Below, one piece after another: positions 24,548-37,574 of a stretch of 64,000 nt of DNA. The notes beneath the pieces were generated by a model, which did no database searches, was not told the DNA's origin, and was given only the letters and a program-made list of their open reading frames with translations. Positions within the stretch are counted from its first letter, which is position 1. The number at the start of each line of letters is the position of its first letter. The position numbers and the translations under genes are program-made. Origin of the DNA: Octopus sinensis (Eukaryota); assembly GCF_006345805.1 (NCBI RefSeq), contig NC_043000.1, positions 73,718,001 to 73,782,000 of the forward strand, in the 5' to 3' direction.

Positions 24548-25093
24548 GTAGATAGGTAGATAGATAGATAGATAGATAGCTAGATAGACAGATAGATAGA
24601 TAAATAGATAGATATAGATATCGCTATAGATATATACACACATACATACACAGATAAATTGATAGATACAACTGAGTGGGCAAACAAAAATATGAGACAC
24701 AGCCTAATGCTTCTTTTTATGTTGATAAGCCTGGTACTTATTCTATTAGTTTGTTCTTGTGAAACCAGTAAGTTATATGGATGTAAATAAATTAACAGCA
24801 GTTGTGATGCAGTGATGAGGGAGAAACACAAAGACACACACATCGACTTACATATATACATACATATATATATATATATACTCTTTACTCTTTTACTCTT
24901 TTACTTGTTTCAGTCATTTGACTGCGGCCATGCTGGAGCACCACCTTTAGAAAAATAGCGTGTTAGACAGCGCCTGTGGTTTCAAGGTAGGAAGAATTCA
25001 CATAGAGTTCAATTAACGAAGTAACCACACGGCTAAGCTCATATATATATATGATTGATTTGTTTCAGTTCCTGTCTACGAAATCCATATATA

Positions 25094-27075
25094 TTGTTGT
25101 TGGCATCATTTTTATCTCGAGAGTCAATGGAGTTGCGCACAAAGTAATCTAGTCCGGCTTTTACATTTCATGTCCTAATACATCTCCTGCTGTGGTTGTG
25201 TAGTCCTATCCTGGACAAACACTCCCTCTGGCAGGTGCCACAAATGTAGCGAAGACTTTGCCTTGCTGGTTGTAATGTCATAGTTTCTTGTTGACGTCTT
25301 TTTTTGTCTTTCCATTTCTCCTCTCTCTCTATGCCACTCCTTTGTGTTCCCTCTTTTACGGTACGTCGCCAATCTCCACGGTTGCTGGCAGCTGCTTCCC
25401 AGTTGCTAATATTGATGTTGCAGACGCAAGAGATTGAACAGTTTCCCATCACTTCTACTGAGCAGAAACACTCCATCATCTAGTGTCTCAAAGGCATGTG
25501 ACAGCAGCAGTGAGAAGAAGATGCCAAGTAATGTAGGAGCAAGGACACAACCTTGCTTTACCCCATTTTTTATTTGGAAGGTGGCTGATGTCAAACTATT
25601 GTGCTGTATGGTGCCTTGCATATCATCATGGAAAGATTTGATGATCCTCAGCAGCTTTGGTGAACATCTGATTTTTTGGAGCAGGATGAAGAGGCCTTTT
25701 CTACTTACCAAGTCAAAGGCCTTTGTCAGATCAATGAAGGCCATTTGCTCTCTGGACTTCTCCTGAAGTTGGTGTATGGAGAATATCATGTCAATAGTTG
25801 ATCTGCTTCTTCTAAAGCCACACTATGATTCTGGATAAATTCAAGAAGCAAGCAGTTGCAGCCTGGACAGGATAATGCAAGCCTTTCCAAAGGCCTTTCC
25901 AACGGTGCTTAGAAGAGATATTCCATGGTAATTGTTACAATCACCACGGTCACCTTTGTTTTTGTAAAGAGTAATGATGCTAGCATCCCGCATATCCTGA
26001 GGGACTGTACCCTCTTCCCAGCACTGACACAGAAGCTCATGAAGGTGCCAAAACAGGATGGTGTTTTTGCCGATTTTGATGATCTCTAAGGGGATGCCGT
26101 CTTTTCCCCGGAGCCTTGTTACTTGCTAGGGAGTCAATAGCCTATAGATGGCAGACTGTCATGTTGGCACATGACTGGCAAGATCTTGACACCCTCAATT
26201 GTAGCCTCAGCTACCATGGTCTCCTGTGAGTAGAGATCCTGGTAGTACTCCACCCATCTATCCATTTGCTTGCTTTGGTCCTTGATGAGATCTCCAGTAG
26301 TTGATTTCAGAGGAGCTGACTTGGTTGCAGATGGACCGAAGGCCTTCTTCAAACCGGCATATATCCCACGTGTATCACCACTGTCAGCAGCTGACTGGAT
26401 ACTCTGACAGATTTCCTGCCAATACCTGTTTGCACAGCGTCTGGCAGTCAGTTTGGTTTCATTTCTTGCCTTTCTGAGTTCTTCGAGTGACTTTGTAGAA
26501 GAATCACTCTTGTATTGCATCAGAGCTGCATGCTTTGCTTTGATAACTGTTTCCAGCTCTGAGATCCCAGCACTGAACCAATCTGGGTTTTACCTTTCTC
26601 TCATGCTGAAAGTATCTATTGATGTGGTATACAAAGCTTCCCTGATATAATTCCACCTACTTTCTGCAGAGGAGGTTGGGCAGCTACTGAGGACAACCTT
26701 GATAGAAACAGCAAAACATTGTCGCAGTGTAGGGTCCGAGGTTCTGGCAGTGTTAATGTGTGGTCGGCCCATTTTCTTGGAGTGATGGACATTTTCAGGC
26801 AGAATCCTCACGCTGCTTCTTAGTGAATGATCTGTGTCACAAACCACGTTGTGGTAACTACGGGTCAGTTGAACAGAATTCAGAAAGGATCTTCGTGTAA
26901 TGATGAGATCCAGCTGATGCCAGTGGTGAGATCTTGGATGTCTCCAAGATGCCTTGTGGGATGTCTTGTTGGCAAAGAATGTGTTAGTGATGCACAGGTT
27001 ATGGTATGTGCAAAATTCAAGTAGTCTCTGACCATTGTCATTCATGTTGCCAATACCAAAACGCTTACACTTACA
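25094..27075 (-). mobile_element. 5'-truncated, deleted RTE (BovB-like) LINE
   Basis: APE end (FGIGNMNDNGQRLLEFC..WHQLDLIITRR..TDHSL), RT (AFIDLTKAFDLVSR, GVKQGCVLAPTLLGIFF), C2H2 tail CGTCQRECLSRIGLHNHSRRC; 42-bp flanking direct repeat. Confidence 0.9.
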
Positions 27076-27679
27076 TATATACATACATATATATGTGATT
27101 GATTTGTTTCAGTTCCTGTCTACAAAATCCATATATATACATATATTTATAACAGTATATATATATATATATATAGGTAAACAGTAAAAATAATTACAGA
27201 CATGGACAAGAACATGAAACACCACAGAGACGACACAAGAACCACAGGACGGGACATTCGAAGCCCTCAGTCATCAGTCAAGAACCAGATCATCTTAGCA
27301 ATTTCGGCTGATTAATCTTGAGATTGCTCCGATATGGCCAGCCCGCCAAGGGAAATCTAAGCCAAGCGCATTAGATCCCCTGGAAGAAAGCTTCGAATGT
27401 ATACAACGAAAGGACGGAAAACGAACGAAGTACACAAACAAAAATACAGAATACGTGACACCAATAAGAATAGAAAAACGTAAAAACAATAACGGTAAAA
27501 ATAAAAAATAAACAACAAAACAAAACCAGGACGTAGGACAAGGGTCTTTCGACAGGACGAGTTGAGTATGGGGCTGGCTTGTGAAGTTGTGCCTAATGGC
27601 CACGGGGAGACGAACAAATACGTGTTGCTTCTGCGGCTGCTGAAAACGAAAAGAGCGATGATATATATATATATATATC

Positions 27680-30580
27680 ATCATCATCATCATCATCATC
27701 ATTTAACATCAGCTTTCCATGCTAGCATGGGTTGGACGGTTCAACTGGGGTCTGGGGAGCCCGAAGGCTGCACCAGTCCAGTCAGATCTGGCAGTGTTTC
27801 TACAGCTGGATGCTCTTCCTAACGCCAACCACTCCGAGAGTGTAGTGGGTGATTTTATGTGCCACCGACACAGGTGCCAGATGAGGCTGGCAAACGGCCA
27901 CGCTCGGATGGTGTTTTTTTATGTGCCACCGACACAGGTGCCAGATGAGGCTGGCAGACGGCCACGCTCGGATGGTGTTTTTATGTGCCACCGACACAGG
28001 TGCCAGATGAGGCTGGCAAACGGCCACGATCGGATGGTGTTTGTTACATGCCCACAGCACGGAGGCCAGTCGATGCGGTACTGGCTACGGCCACGTTCGG
28101 ATGGTTTTCTTGTGTGCCACGTGCCACCGGCACTGGTACCACAAAGATACAAATTCCATTGATGTTCATCTATTTGATTTGTTTTGATTTTCACTTGCCT
28201 CAACAGGTCTTCACAAGTGTCACAAGAAGGAAGGTAAGCACAGGTGGACTGACTACGTCCCAGGTAGGGGCCACGGGTTATGGCCTGACTAGTCTTGCCG
28301 GGTCTTCGGATGGTGTTTTTATGTGCCACCGACATAGGTGCCAGATGAGGCTGGCGAACGGCCATGATCGGATAGTGTTTGTTACGTGCCCACAGCACGG
28401 AGGCCAGTCGATGCGGTACTGGCTACGGCCACGTTCGGATGGTTTTCTTGTGTGCCACCGGCACTGGTACCACAAAGATACAAATTCCATTAATCTTCAT
28501 CTATTTTGATTTGTTTTGATTTGATTTGATTTGATTTTGATTTTAACTTGCCTCAACAGGTCTTCACAAGTGTCACAAGAAGGAAGGTATGCACAGGTGG
28601 ACTGACTACGTCCCAGGTAGGGGCCACAGGTTATGGCCTGACTAGACTTGCCGGGTCTTCGGATGGTGTTTTTATGTGCCACCGACACAGGTGCCAGATG
28701 AGGCTGGCGAACGGCCACGATCGGATGGTGTTGTCGGTGCGGTACTGGCTACAGCCACGTTCGGATGGATTTCTTGTGTGCCACCGGCACTGGTACCACA
28801 AAGATACAAATTCCATTGATGTTCATCTATTTTGATTTGATTTGATTTGATTTGATTTGATTTTCACTTGCCTCAACAGGTCTTCACAAGTGTCACAAGA
28901 AGGAAGGTATGCACAGGTGGACTGACTACGTCCAAGGTAGGGGCAATGGGTTATGGCCTGACTAGTCTTTCCGGGTCTTCGGATGGTGTTTTTGTGTGCC
29001 ACCGACACAGGTGCTAGATGAGGCTGGCGAACGGCCACGATCGGATGGTGTTTGTCATGTGCCCACAGCACGGAGGCCAGTCGATGCGGTACTGGCTACG
29101 GCCACGTTCGGATGGTTTTCTTGTGTGCCACCGGCACTGGTACCACAAAGATACAAATTCCATTGATGTTCATCTATTTTGATTTGATTTTGATTTTGAT
29201 TTTCACTTGCCTCAACAGGCCTTCACAAGTATCACAAGAAGGAAGGTATGCACAGGTGGACTGACTACGTCCCAGGTAGGGGCCATGGGTTATGGCCTGA
29301 CTAGTCTTGCCGGGTCTTCGGATGGTGTTTTTATGTGCCACCGACACAGGTGCTAGATGAGGCTGGCAAACGGCCACGATCGGATGGTGTTTGTTATGTG
29401 CCCACAGCACGATGGCCAGTCGATGCGGTACTGACTACGGCCACGTTCGGATGGATTCTTGTGTGCCACCGGCACTGGTACCACAAAGATACAAATTCCA
29501 TTGATGTTCATCTATTTTGATTTGTTTTGATTTTGATTTTCACTTGCCTCAACAGGTCTTCACAAGTGTCACAAGAAGGAAGGTATGTACAGGTGGACTG
29601 ACTACGTCCCAGGTAGGGGCCACAGGTTATGACCTGACTAGTCTTGCCGGGTCTTCGGATGGTGTTTTTATGTGCCACCGACACAGGTGCCATATGAGGC
29701 TGGCGAACGGCCACGATCGGATGGTGTTTGTCATGTTCCCACTGCACGGAGGCCAGTCGGTGTGGTACTGGCTACGGCCACGCTCGGATGGTTTTCTTGT
29801 GTGCCACAGGCACTGGTACCACAAAGATACAAATTCCATTGATGTTCATCTATTTTGATTTGTTTTGATTGATTTTCACTTGCCTCAGCAGGTCTTCACA
29901 AGTGTCACAAGAAGGAAGGTATGCACAGGTGGATCGACTACGTCCCAGGTAGGGGCCACGGGTTATGGCCTGACTAGTCCTGCCGGGTCCTCTCATGCAC
30001 AGCACACTTCCATAGGACTCGGTCTTTAGTCATTTCCTTGGTGAGACCTAAAGTTCGAAGGTCGTGCTTCACCACCTCGTCCCAGGTTTTCCTGGGTCTA
30101 CCTCTTCCACAGGTTCCCTCAACTGCTAGGGTGTAGCACTTTTGCACACAACTATCTTCAGTCATTCTCGTCACATGACCATAGCAGCGCAGCCGTCTCT
30201 CTTGCACACCACAACTGACACTTCTTAGGTTCAACTTTTCTCTCAAAGTACTTACACTCTGACGATTATGAACACTGACATTACACATCCATCGGAGCAT
30301 ACTGGCTTCATTTCTTCATTTGTGATTGGTCCACCTTCCTACTTATTAGGACTTTGGTTTTGGCTAGGTTGATTCTAAGGCCCTTCAATTCTAATCCTTG
30401 TTTCCACACCTGAAACTTCTCCTCCAGTTCTGATAGTGACTCAGCAATTAGAGCAAGGTCATCAGCATAGAGGAGCTCCCAGGGGCATCCTGTCCTGAAT
30501 TCCTCCGTTATTGCCTGGAGGACTATGATAAATAGGAGGGGACTGAGGACTGAACCTTGGTGGACCCCAACCTCTACCCG
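27680..30580 (-). mobile_element. 5'-truncated RTE with amplified 3'UTR
   Basis: RT remnant GVHQGSVLSPLLF..LLYADD; C-terminus GRPRKTWDEVV..RTRQD*; 3'UTR array; conserved tail and (GAT)n. Confidence 0.9.
28192..29975 (-). repeat. ~336-bp tandem array from RTE 3'UTR
   Basis: Unit marker (C/A)ACTTGCCTCA at ~28192, 28546, 28865, 29204, 29541, 29877. Confidence 0.9.
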
Positions 30581-30582
30581 GA

Positions 30583-30843
30583 TAAAAGGAAATGAAGAAA
30601 ATGCTGACAAAATAATTTAAGTAATTTAAGTAATTTAATTAGGTGAAAGTTCTTTTTACCAGTTGCACATTTGTTATGCTTATCAAAAGATAGATTTTTT
30701 CCTCTTCTCTGACCTTCAGATAAGAGGAAAAAATCTATCTTTTGATAAGCATAACAAATGCGCAACCGGTAAAAAGAACTTCACCTAATTAAATTACTTA
30801 AATTACTTAAATTATTTTGTCAGCATTTTCTTCATTTCCTTTT
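30583..30843. repeat. Near-perfect palindrome (~130-bp arms, 3-nt loop)
   Basis: 30583-30712 is the reverse complement of 30716-30843 with few mismatches. Confidence 0.9.
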
Positions 30844-30920
30844 TTATATATCACAACTCGTGTTCCACATCTCCTTTTTTAAATATATATATATATATAC
30901 ATATTTATATACACACACAC

Positions 30921-30955
<35 letters not shown>

Positions 30956-31539
30956 AAGATAAATTGATAGATACAACTGAGTGGGCAAACAAAAATATGA
31001 GACACTACATACTGCTTTTTTATATTTTGATAAGATTGGTACTTATTCTATCAGTTTCTTCTTGTGAAACCAGTAAGTTATGGGGATGTAAATAAACGAA
31101 CACCAGTTGTGAAGCAGTGATGAGGAAGAAACACAAATACACACACATAGACTTACATATATACATACATATACATACACTTAATTTCTTTCAGTTTCTG
31201 TCTATAAATTCCACTGACAAGGCTTTGGTTGGTCTCAGGCTATAGCAGAAGACACATGCCAAGTTACTACACAGTGGGACTGAACTGAGGACCATGTGTT
31301 TTGGAACCAAGTTTGTTACCACACAGCCCCACCTGCACCTATGTGTGTGTGTATGTGTGTGTGTGTATGTGTGTATGGGTGTATATATGTATGCATATAT
31401 ATATATGTATATATACATGTGTACATATTACATCTATATATATATATATACATCTAGACATACATGTATATCTATAGAAATACATCTATACATATACAGC
31501 TATACATATACATGTATACATATACAGCTATCTATATAC

Positions 31540-31579
<40 letters not shown>

Positions 31580-31757
31580 AGAGATAGTAGGCTCCGACAT
31601 CTCACCATATAAAAAGAATTTTTATTTTAAATACCTACTGTTTTATTATTTGGCAACACATGTTTCATGAGGTACATCCTTTGGTTCCTAAACCACTCCG
31701 TGTTTTTCTGGAACCCTTTTTAAAATGTAACCCCAATATATATATATATATATATAT

Positions 31758-33322
31758 ACTAGCATTATGACCCGTTGTTTCCGGGTCATAGTGCTAGTGC
31801 ATGTATATATGTGTATATATATATGTGTACATATTACATGTACATCTATATATATATACATCTACACATAAAATACAAAATACAAAGTTATATCTAGTGA
31901 TAACAATACTCAAAATATATAACAGACTGGAATTGTCAATTTCGATCAATTGTATCTTGTCCTCCCTCTTGTATAGAAGTGTGGCTACAATCCAGCCAAC
32001 CACTACTTCTGGGGGACATTTTAAACATTTATCCGGGACGTCCTACGTCCCAGATATAGAGGTAAAAATAAAATATTTCCACTTTGTAAGGTTTGAGTTG
32101 AGTCCTCCCTTGCATGCTTCGTTGACTCGAACCTTGCTTCTATTGTGGCGAATTTACCGCCTCTGGTTAGATACTTGATATCTTTCATAGTCGCACCAAG
32201 ACACTTTCCTCCAGGTGTTCAAATCTTTTTTTTTCCTCTACATTATATACTTTATAGACAATAGACTTTTCTTTAATTTAATTTTTTATTTCGTTTGGTG
32301 GTGTTATCCTAGATTCACCATCTTTGTCGGTGATCAATCCGAAATAGGTTTGTATTTCTTCCATTTTAATTTTAATGAGTTCACGCCTGCCGACGGCTGC
32401 AGCAAAATTCATTTTGTGACTTTCTTCTATCGAAGGCATTTTAACAAAAATGCTTCCGTATAAACGGTGAAAATATTGTCAATTTCCCCAAACAGGGACA
32501 CAATTCAATTTTCAAACAATAACCAAAGCTCCTTCTCCCAAAGGGGGAGGGTTACAGTTTACAATTATTTAAAAAATGCAACACAACAACGTTTCCCTTT
32601 TGAGGAACCAACAAACGTGATAACAATAGTTAAACAGTAATAATAATAACAACAAACCTTACGGTGAATCAAAAAGCAGTACGCAGTTGAATCTATAGTC
32701 CTTTATGTACAAGAAATAAACCAACAGCAGTACTCAGTAGAAGCAGCTGTTCAAGAAAACAGACATTACATACAGCCAAACTGCATATAGATACTTAATG
32801 CTAGCTAATTAGCAGATAATCTAATGTAAAAGCTGTAGTAAAAGGTATGTCCATCTGGACTATTCCATTTCTGCACACTAATTATATTTTTAATTTATTC
32901 CCATTCATGTGAAACCACTTATTCAAGTTCAAGTCATTGATGCAATTTTATACCAATTGCTATTTTTACTTTTGTTATGTTACAATATAATTATAATATT
33001 ATACTTTAGTTTGATTTTAATTATTACTTACTACATATAATTCAATTGCTATTATTATCTCTAATTTTTATTGTTAAAGTGAAAGTATCTGACATAAAAT
33101 AGAGAGATGTTTTTGTTTCACTTTTAACATGTAATACTGAAATAGTGGAGGAGATATGATATTGCTATGGGCTCGCCCTAGGTAAGAAGTTGAACATTTT
33201 CTTTTGCCCATGAAACTACATGGACCCTAAGTAAAGCACATTTGAATGAAATTGGTTATGTAGTTCTCAAGTTTTAGGGATTCACACAGACAGACAGACA
33301 TTCTCAGTTTTATATATATAGA
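31758..33322 (+). mobile_element. Helentron-like termini
   Basis: 5' hairpin ACTAGCATTATGACCCG..CGGGTCATAGTGCTAGT (31758-31798); 3' CAGACAGACATTCTCAGTTTTATATATATAGA. Whether both ends belong to one element is uncertain. Confidence 0.4.
31900..32700 (-). mobile_element. Tx1-type ORF1 fragment (copy G)
   Basis: NFAAAVG..SIVYKVYN..KFATIEARF..LFLPLYLGRRTSRI..VPPEVVVGWIVATLL; homologous to 62612-63997. Confidence 0.65.
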
Positions 33323-34089
33323 TAACTGTACTTTAGTTGCCCTACTTTGCCTCCTGCATCCCTTTTGTTCCACTGGAAGTAAATTGTTACTTCCCAGATG
33401 ATTATATAATTTTCTTCTACTTGTACTCTATTATGCCAGCTACAATATTATCTTCTACTTGTACTCTATTATTACAATTTTCTTCTACTTGTACTCTATT
33501 ATGCCAGCTACAATATTATCAGCAGCTATGATTAGCTGGTTTGTTTTACTAATGTTCTGTTTTAACCAAGCTCAAATCGCCATTTACTTTGCTTGTGGAT
33601 CTCCTTTCTTTCCCTCTGTCCATACACCCTACATTTGGTGGCACTTTATTGTTCATACCATTCATTTTACCTCACAGTATTTCTAGAACCTCCTTCTCTT
33701 CATCGTTCAAGTTTAGTGTAATATTTATTGCCACTTGTCCAGCTAAATTATCTTCACTATTTATTCCATCAACAACCTCAAGCACACAAAATTTGCTCTG
33801 GTATTGTAAGTACAGCGGTTCGTGTCTTTCTAAGCCACGACCCACACATAGTAATCCCTGGGATTGCAATCGGGGGAATTAAGAGGCCAGAAATTGGGGC
33901 TTGAGTAGTCGTAATAATTCTCTGATAATCACTTTTGACACTTTCTGGAGCACATGTTGCTGCCCATATGACCTTCTACCAGCAACCCTCTCCAGTCAGG
34001 GTTTGACCACAGTCTCCAGTAGCTTTACATAGCCGTTTAAATTTAGCTTAAGGCCAGGTTCAAAGATGTGGGGCAACATGACGTCACCC

Positions 34090-34510
34090 TAATTGGAGGC
34101 ACACTCAAAGATCATCACAGTTTGGTGTGGACTTGGTTTACATGATACATGTAGCATCACATGGATTTAAGCAAGCCACTGGCTGTTCTTGGCGATGTGC
34201 AACTGGTCTTAGAAGAACTTCTTTTCATTTGAGAAGAATGAAATCATCCCCGGCTCAACAGGATGTCTCAGCTTGTTCAGGAGCTAATTTGCTTTGGTCA
34301 AGTAGTTCTCCTTGGACTTGGCCGTCAGAATTTGTCTCTTGCAGCTCTTGTATGAGTGGTAGCGAAGTTCGTCATTTAGAGCCAGCTTCATGGTGGCAAC
34401 TCCAACACCCATCTCTGTCGCCAAAGCCCAGATTCTTTTGCTCAGACCTTCCATCACCTTGTTCAGCAATTGTTGGCTGAAATCCCCCTTCCTGCTGGCC
34501 AAATTAACTC
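34090..34510 (-). mobile_element. Tc1/mariner (maT-like) transposase HTH remnant
   Basis: RIWALATEMGVGVATMKLALNDELRYHSYKSCKRQILTAKSKENYL. Confidence 0.55.
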
Positions 34511-34539
34511 GGATATTGAGTCATTATTGTACTTATTTT

Positions 34540-34895
34540 TGTTAAGCCTGGTACTTATTCTCTCAGTCTCTTTTGCCGAACAGCAAAGTTATGGGACGTA
34601 AATACATCTACTAGTGTAGCTGGTGGGGTGTCGGTCCGCCCCAGCGGCACACTCTAGCTACGCTAGTAAACACACCAATACCGACTGTCACACGGTACTG
34701 AGGACAAACACACACACACACATATATATATATCTACGACAGGCTTCTTCCAGTTTCCATCTACCAAATACACTCACAGGGCTCTGGTAGGCCCTAAGTT
34801 TTAGTAGGGCCACATTTGATTTAGTAGGGTCACATTTGCCATGAAGTTTGACTGAACCCGGAACAATGTAGTTGGGAAGGAAGCTTCTTACCACA
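34540..34895 (-). mobile_element. tRNA-derived SINE
   Basis: Head-to-head with 34898-35285; same family. Confidence 0.6.
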
Positions 34896-34897
34896 CA

Positions 34898-35285
34898 ACT
34901 GGCTGTGGGTTAAGAAGCTTGCTTCCCAACCACATGGTTCTGGATAAAGTGACCCTGCGGGGCACCTTGAGCAAGTGTCTTCTACTATTGCCTCAGGCCG
35001 ACCAAAGCCTTGTGAGTGGATTTGGTAGACGGAAACTGAAAGAAGCCCATCGTATATATATATGTATGTGTGTGTGTGTCTGTCTGTCTGCCTGTCTCCC
35101 CCCCCCCACTCACTTGATGCTTGTGTGTATATGTTTCCCTAACTTAGCGGTTCGGTAAAAGAGACGGATAGAATAAGTACCACACTTACAAATAATAAGC
35201 CCTGTAGTTCGATTTCTTCGACTAAATTCCTTTAAGGCGGTGATCCAATATGACCACAATCAAAAGACTGAAACAAGAATAAAAG
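34898..35285 (+). mobile_element. Full-length tRNA-derived SINE
   Basis: TGGCTGTGGGTTAAGAAG (A-box-like) ..GGCACCTTGAGCAAGTGTCTTCTAC..; tail GACTGAAACAAGAATAAAAG. Confidence 0.8.
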
Positions 35286-36239
35286 AATATATATAAGTAT
35301 ATATATACTGGATAATCACCTTGAAGAATTTTAGTCAACGAATCGAACTTAGTATTTATTTATTTATTTAAATCCCTGGTGTTTATTCTATCGGACTGTT
35401 TATTCTATTGGACTGCTAAGTCGTGGGGAAGCAAACACACTAACAGTCATCAAACGGTATTGGGTCACAAATGCGGACACACACACATGCACACACACAC
35501 ACACATTCGATGGGCTTCAACCAAACACACTCACAAGGCTTTGGTTGGCTTGAGGTTATAGCAGAAGACATTTGCCCAATGTGTCACGCAATTGGACTGA
35601 GCCATGTGGTTGGGAAGCAAACTTCTTGCCACACAGACATATATACAGGGTGGAGCAGAGAGGATGGACGTTTTTGAAATGGCTGTTACTCAGCCCCAGT
35701 GGGAAGGACATTCAGTCAGTGGTGTCTTAGCATTTTTTTTTCTTTTCAGGTGGGGGCCAAGGCACTGTGGACAATAGAGCACAAATGCAAAATATAAGTT
35801 AGTCCTAGAGTGCACAATGTTCCTGAAGGTCAGCAATGGTCTTCCTTGGTCACAAGTGGACGGCCATCATGTATGTATGTCATTGGTCAGTTTTATTTCA
35901 AGATTTCTTGCCAATAGAGAAAGAACCGGTTTCTAACCTAGGTTCAAGGCTCCTTCATTGGAATTTCAACATCAACAGCAGGGTATTTTTGCATGTATGT
36001 ATATGTGCAGATTTCTATGTTTTGCTTTATGCATGTATTCTCATGCATAAAGTTGCATATCTAGACATGCTCATATATATTTAAATGATAAACTTCTGGA
36101 AAGTTAAACAGATTTTTACAGTTCCAGTGATGGATTGGATCTGTAGTCTTTGAACACACACACACAGAACCCTAACCCCCTCCCCATTACCAATAGGGAT
36201 GATTCAGAAACTTGTTAACTATAAAATAACAGAAGAAAC

Positions 36240-36302
<63 letters not shown>

Positions 36303-36500
36303 TTCAGCAAAAATTTAGATTCAAATGAATATAGTACTTAATTTAGATGCACCAGAATTTTGCATGGTGTTATCCATAAAAATCTGTGGGGTGATTATAA
36401 TCAAAATAAGCAACAAGAATGACTCCAACCTTACAGCAGTCTGGAACAACCAAATCTTAGTCATATGTTCTTAAAGCCACATCTTTGTCTATATATTTAC

Positions 36501-36589
36501 CTTCTCTATAATGTTGCCACTTGATTTGAAAATTTTTGTGTTTATGGAAAACCTCTATAATTGGCTGATGAGTACTCAGCATCTTAAAT
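36501..36589 (-). CDS. Candidate host exon (89 nt)
   Basis: attacaacag|ATTTAAG...AGAGAAG|gtaaat; one open frame FKMLSTHQPIIEVFHKHKNFQIKWQHYRE. Weak acceptor. Confidence 0.25.
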
Positions 36590-36677
36590 CTGTTGTAATA
36601 CTTACAATATTTAATAAAATGATGTAGTATGAAACGATCGTACCAAATTACTGGAGTCATTCTTGTTGCTTATTTTG

Positions 36678-36714
<37 letters not shown>

Positions 36715-36941
36715 GTATTTCTCCTTTTATATGCCTTTCATTTCTAAAAAAACTGTGCTCCTCTCAAACTCCATTATTTTCTTCGATTATACTATTATTT
36801 CTCTTTCTCTTTTTATGCATTCTCTAATAAGAATATTGTACTACACCTACTAATAACTAATTCTCTTATAAGTATGTACATGCATATATGCATGCATATA
36901 TATGTATGTATGTATGTATGGGTGTGTATGTATATATTTGA

Positions 36942-36973
<32 letters not shown>

Positions 36974-37574
36974 GCATAAATTAACCCTATGAACTTCTTT
37001 GACTATCTTATAAAACTCTCTGACAAAGCCTAGAGGCATACCCAAGTGCCCTAATTTTATCTACAGATTACTACAGTACACTGAAAAGTTGGAAATAAGA
37101 TGTGGGGTACTGTGACCTCTTGGCAGAAGCAGCTGTAAGAAACTGCTCTTTCTGTATTCTAGAAATTACTACTCCTCACACATGTATTTATATATTATCT
37201 GAAGTGTTTAAAATAAATAAATATACATAATATAATGTTTAACAGCTGATGAATACTACCTCTGGATTTTCTTCTTGCCACATAGATTAAGGGTAAAACC
37301 ACTTATTATCCTCGCCCAATCATTATACTCAGTAGTGTAATTGCCATGTAACAACCAACACTTGTATATTAATTAGGTATTCTACCAGCAGTATATTGGA
37401 TAGATACTATACTTAGTTGGTTGTATTCACAACCTCTAACTCTCAGTCATAAAAACCATGCCAAAACACACACAGAAGCATGGTGCAAGCTCCCATCAGG
37501 CCAGCTCCTGTGAAACTGTCCAACACATGCCAGCATGGAAGGAGGACATTAAATGATGATGATGATAATGAAGG

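Noticed and set aside
27719-29858. Many overlapping His/Cys-rich ORFs
   Set aside because: Translations of the RTE 3'UTR tandem array; no consistent frame between units.
28192-29975. Possible CRISPR array or hammerhead retrozyme
   Set aside because: No unique spacers. CAGATGAGGCTGGCGAAC lacks the CUGANGA/GAAA core and is explained by a GCCAG/CTGGC hairpin.
33590-33890. ORF SKFCVLEVVDGINSEDNL.. as a host exon
   Set aside because: No good splice pair; looks more like a CR1 ORF1 relic, but support is too weak to annotate.
37247-37295. Plus-strand exon-like tttaacag|CTGATGAATACTAC..AAGG|gtaaaa (DEYYLWIFFLPHRLR)
   Set aside because: Isolated, on the opposite strand to the other candidates, and not recognised.
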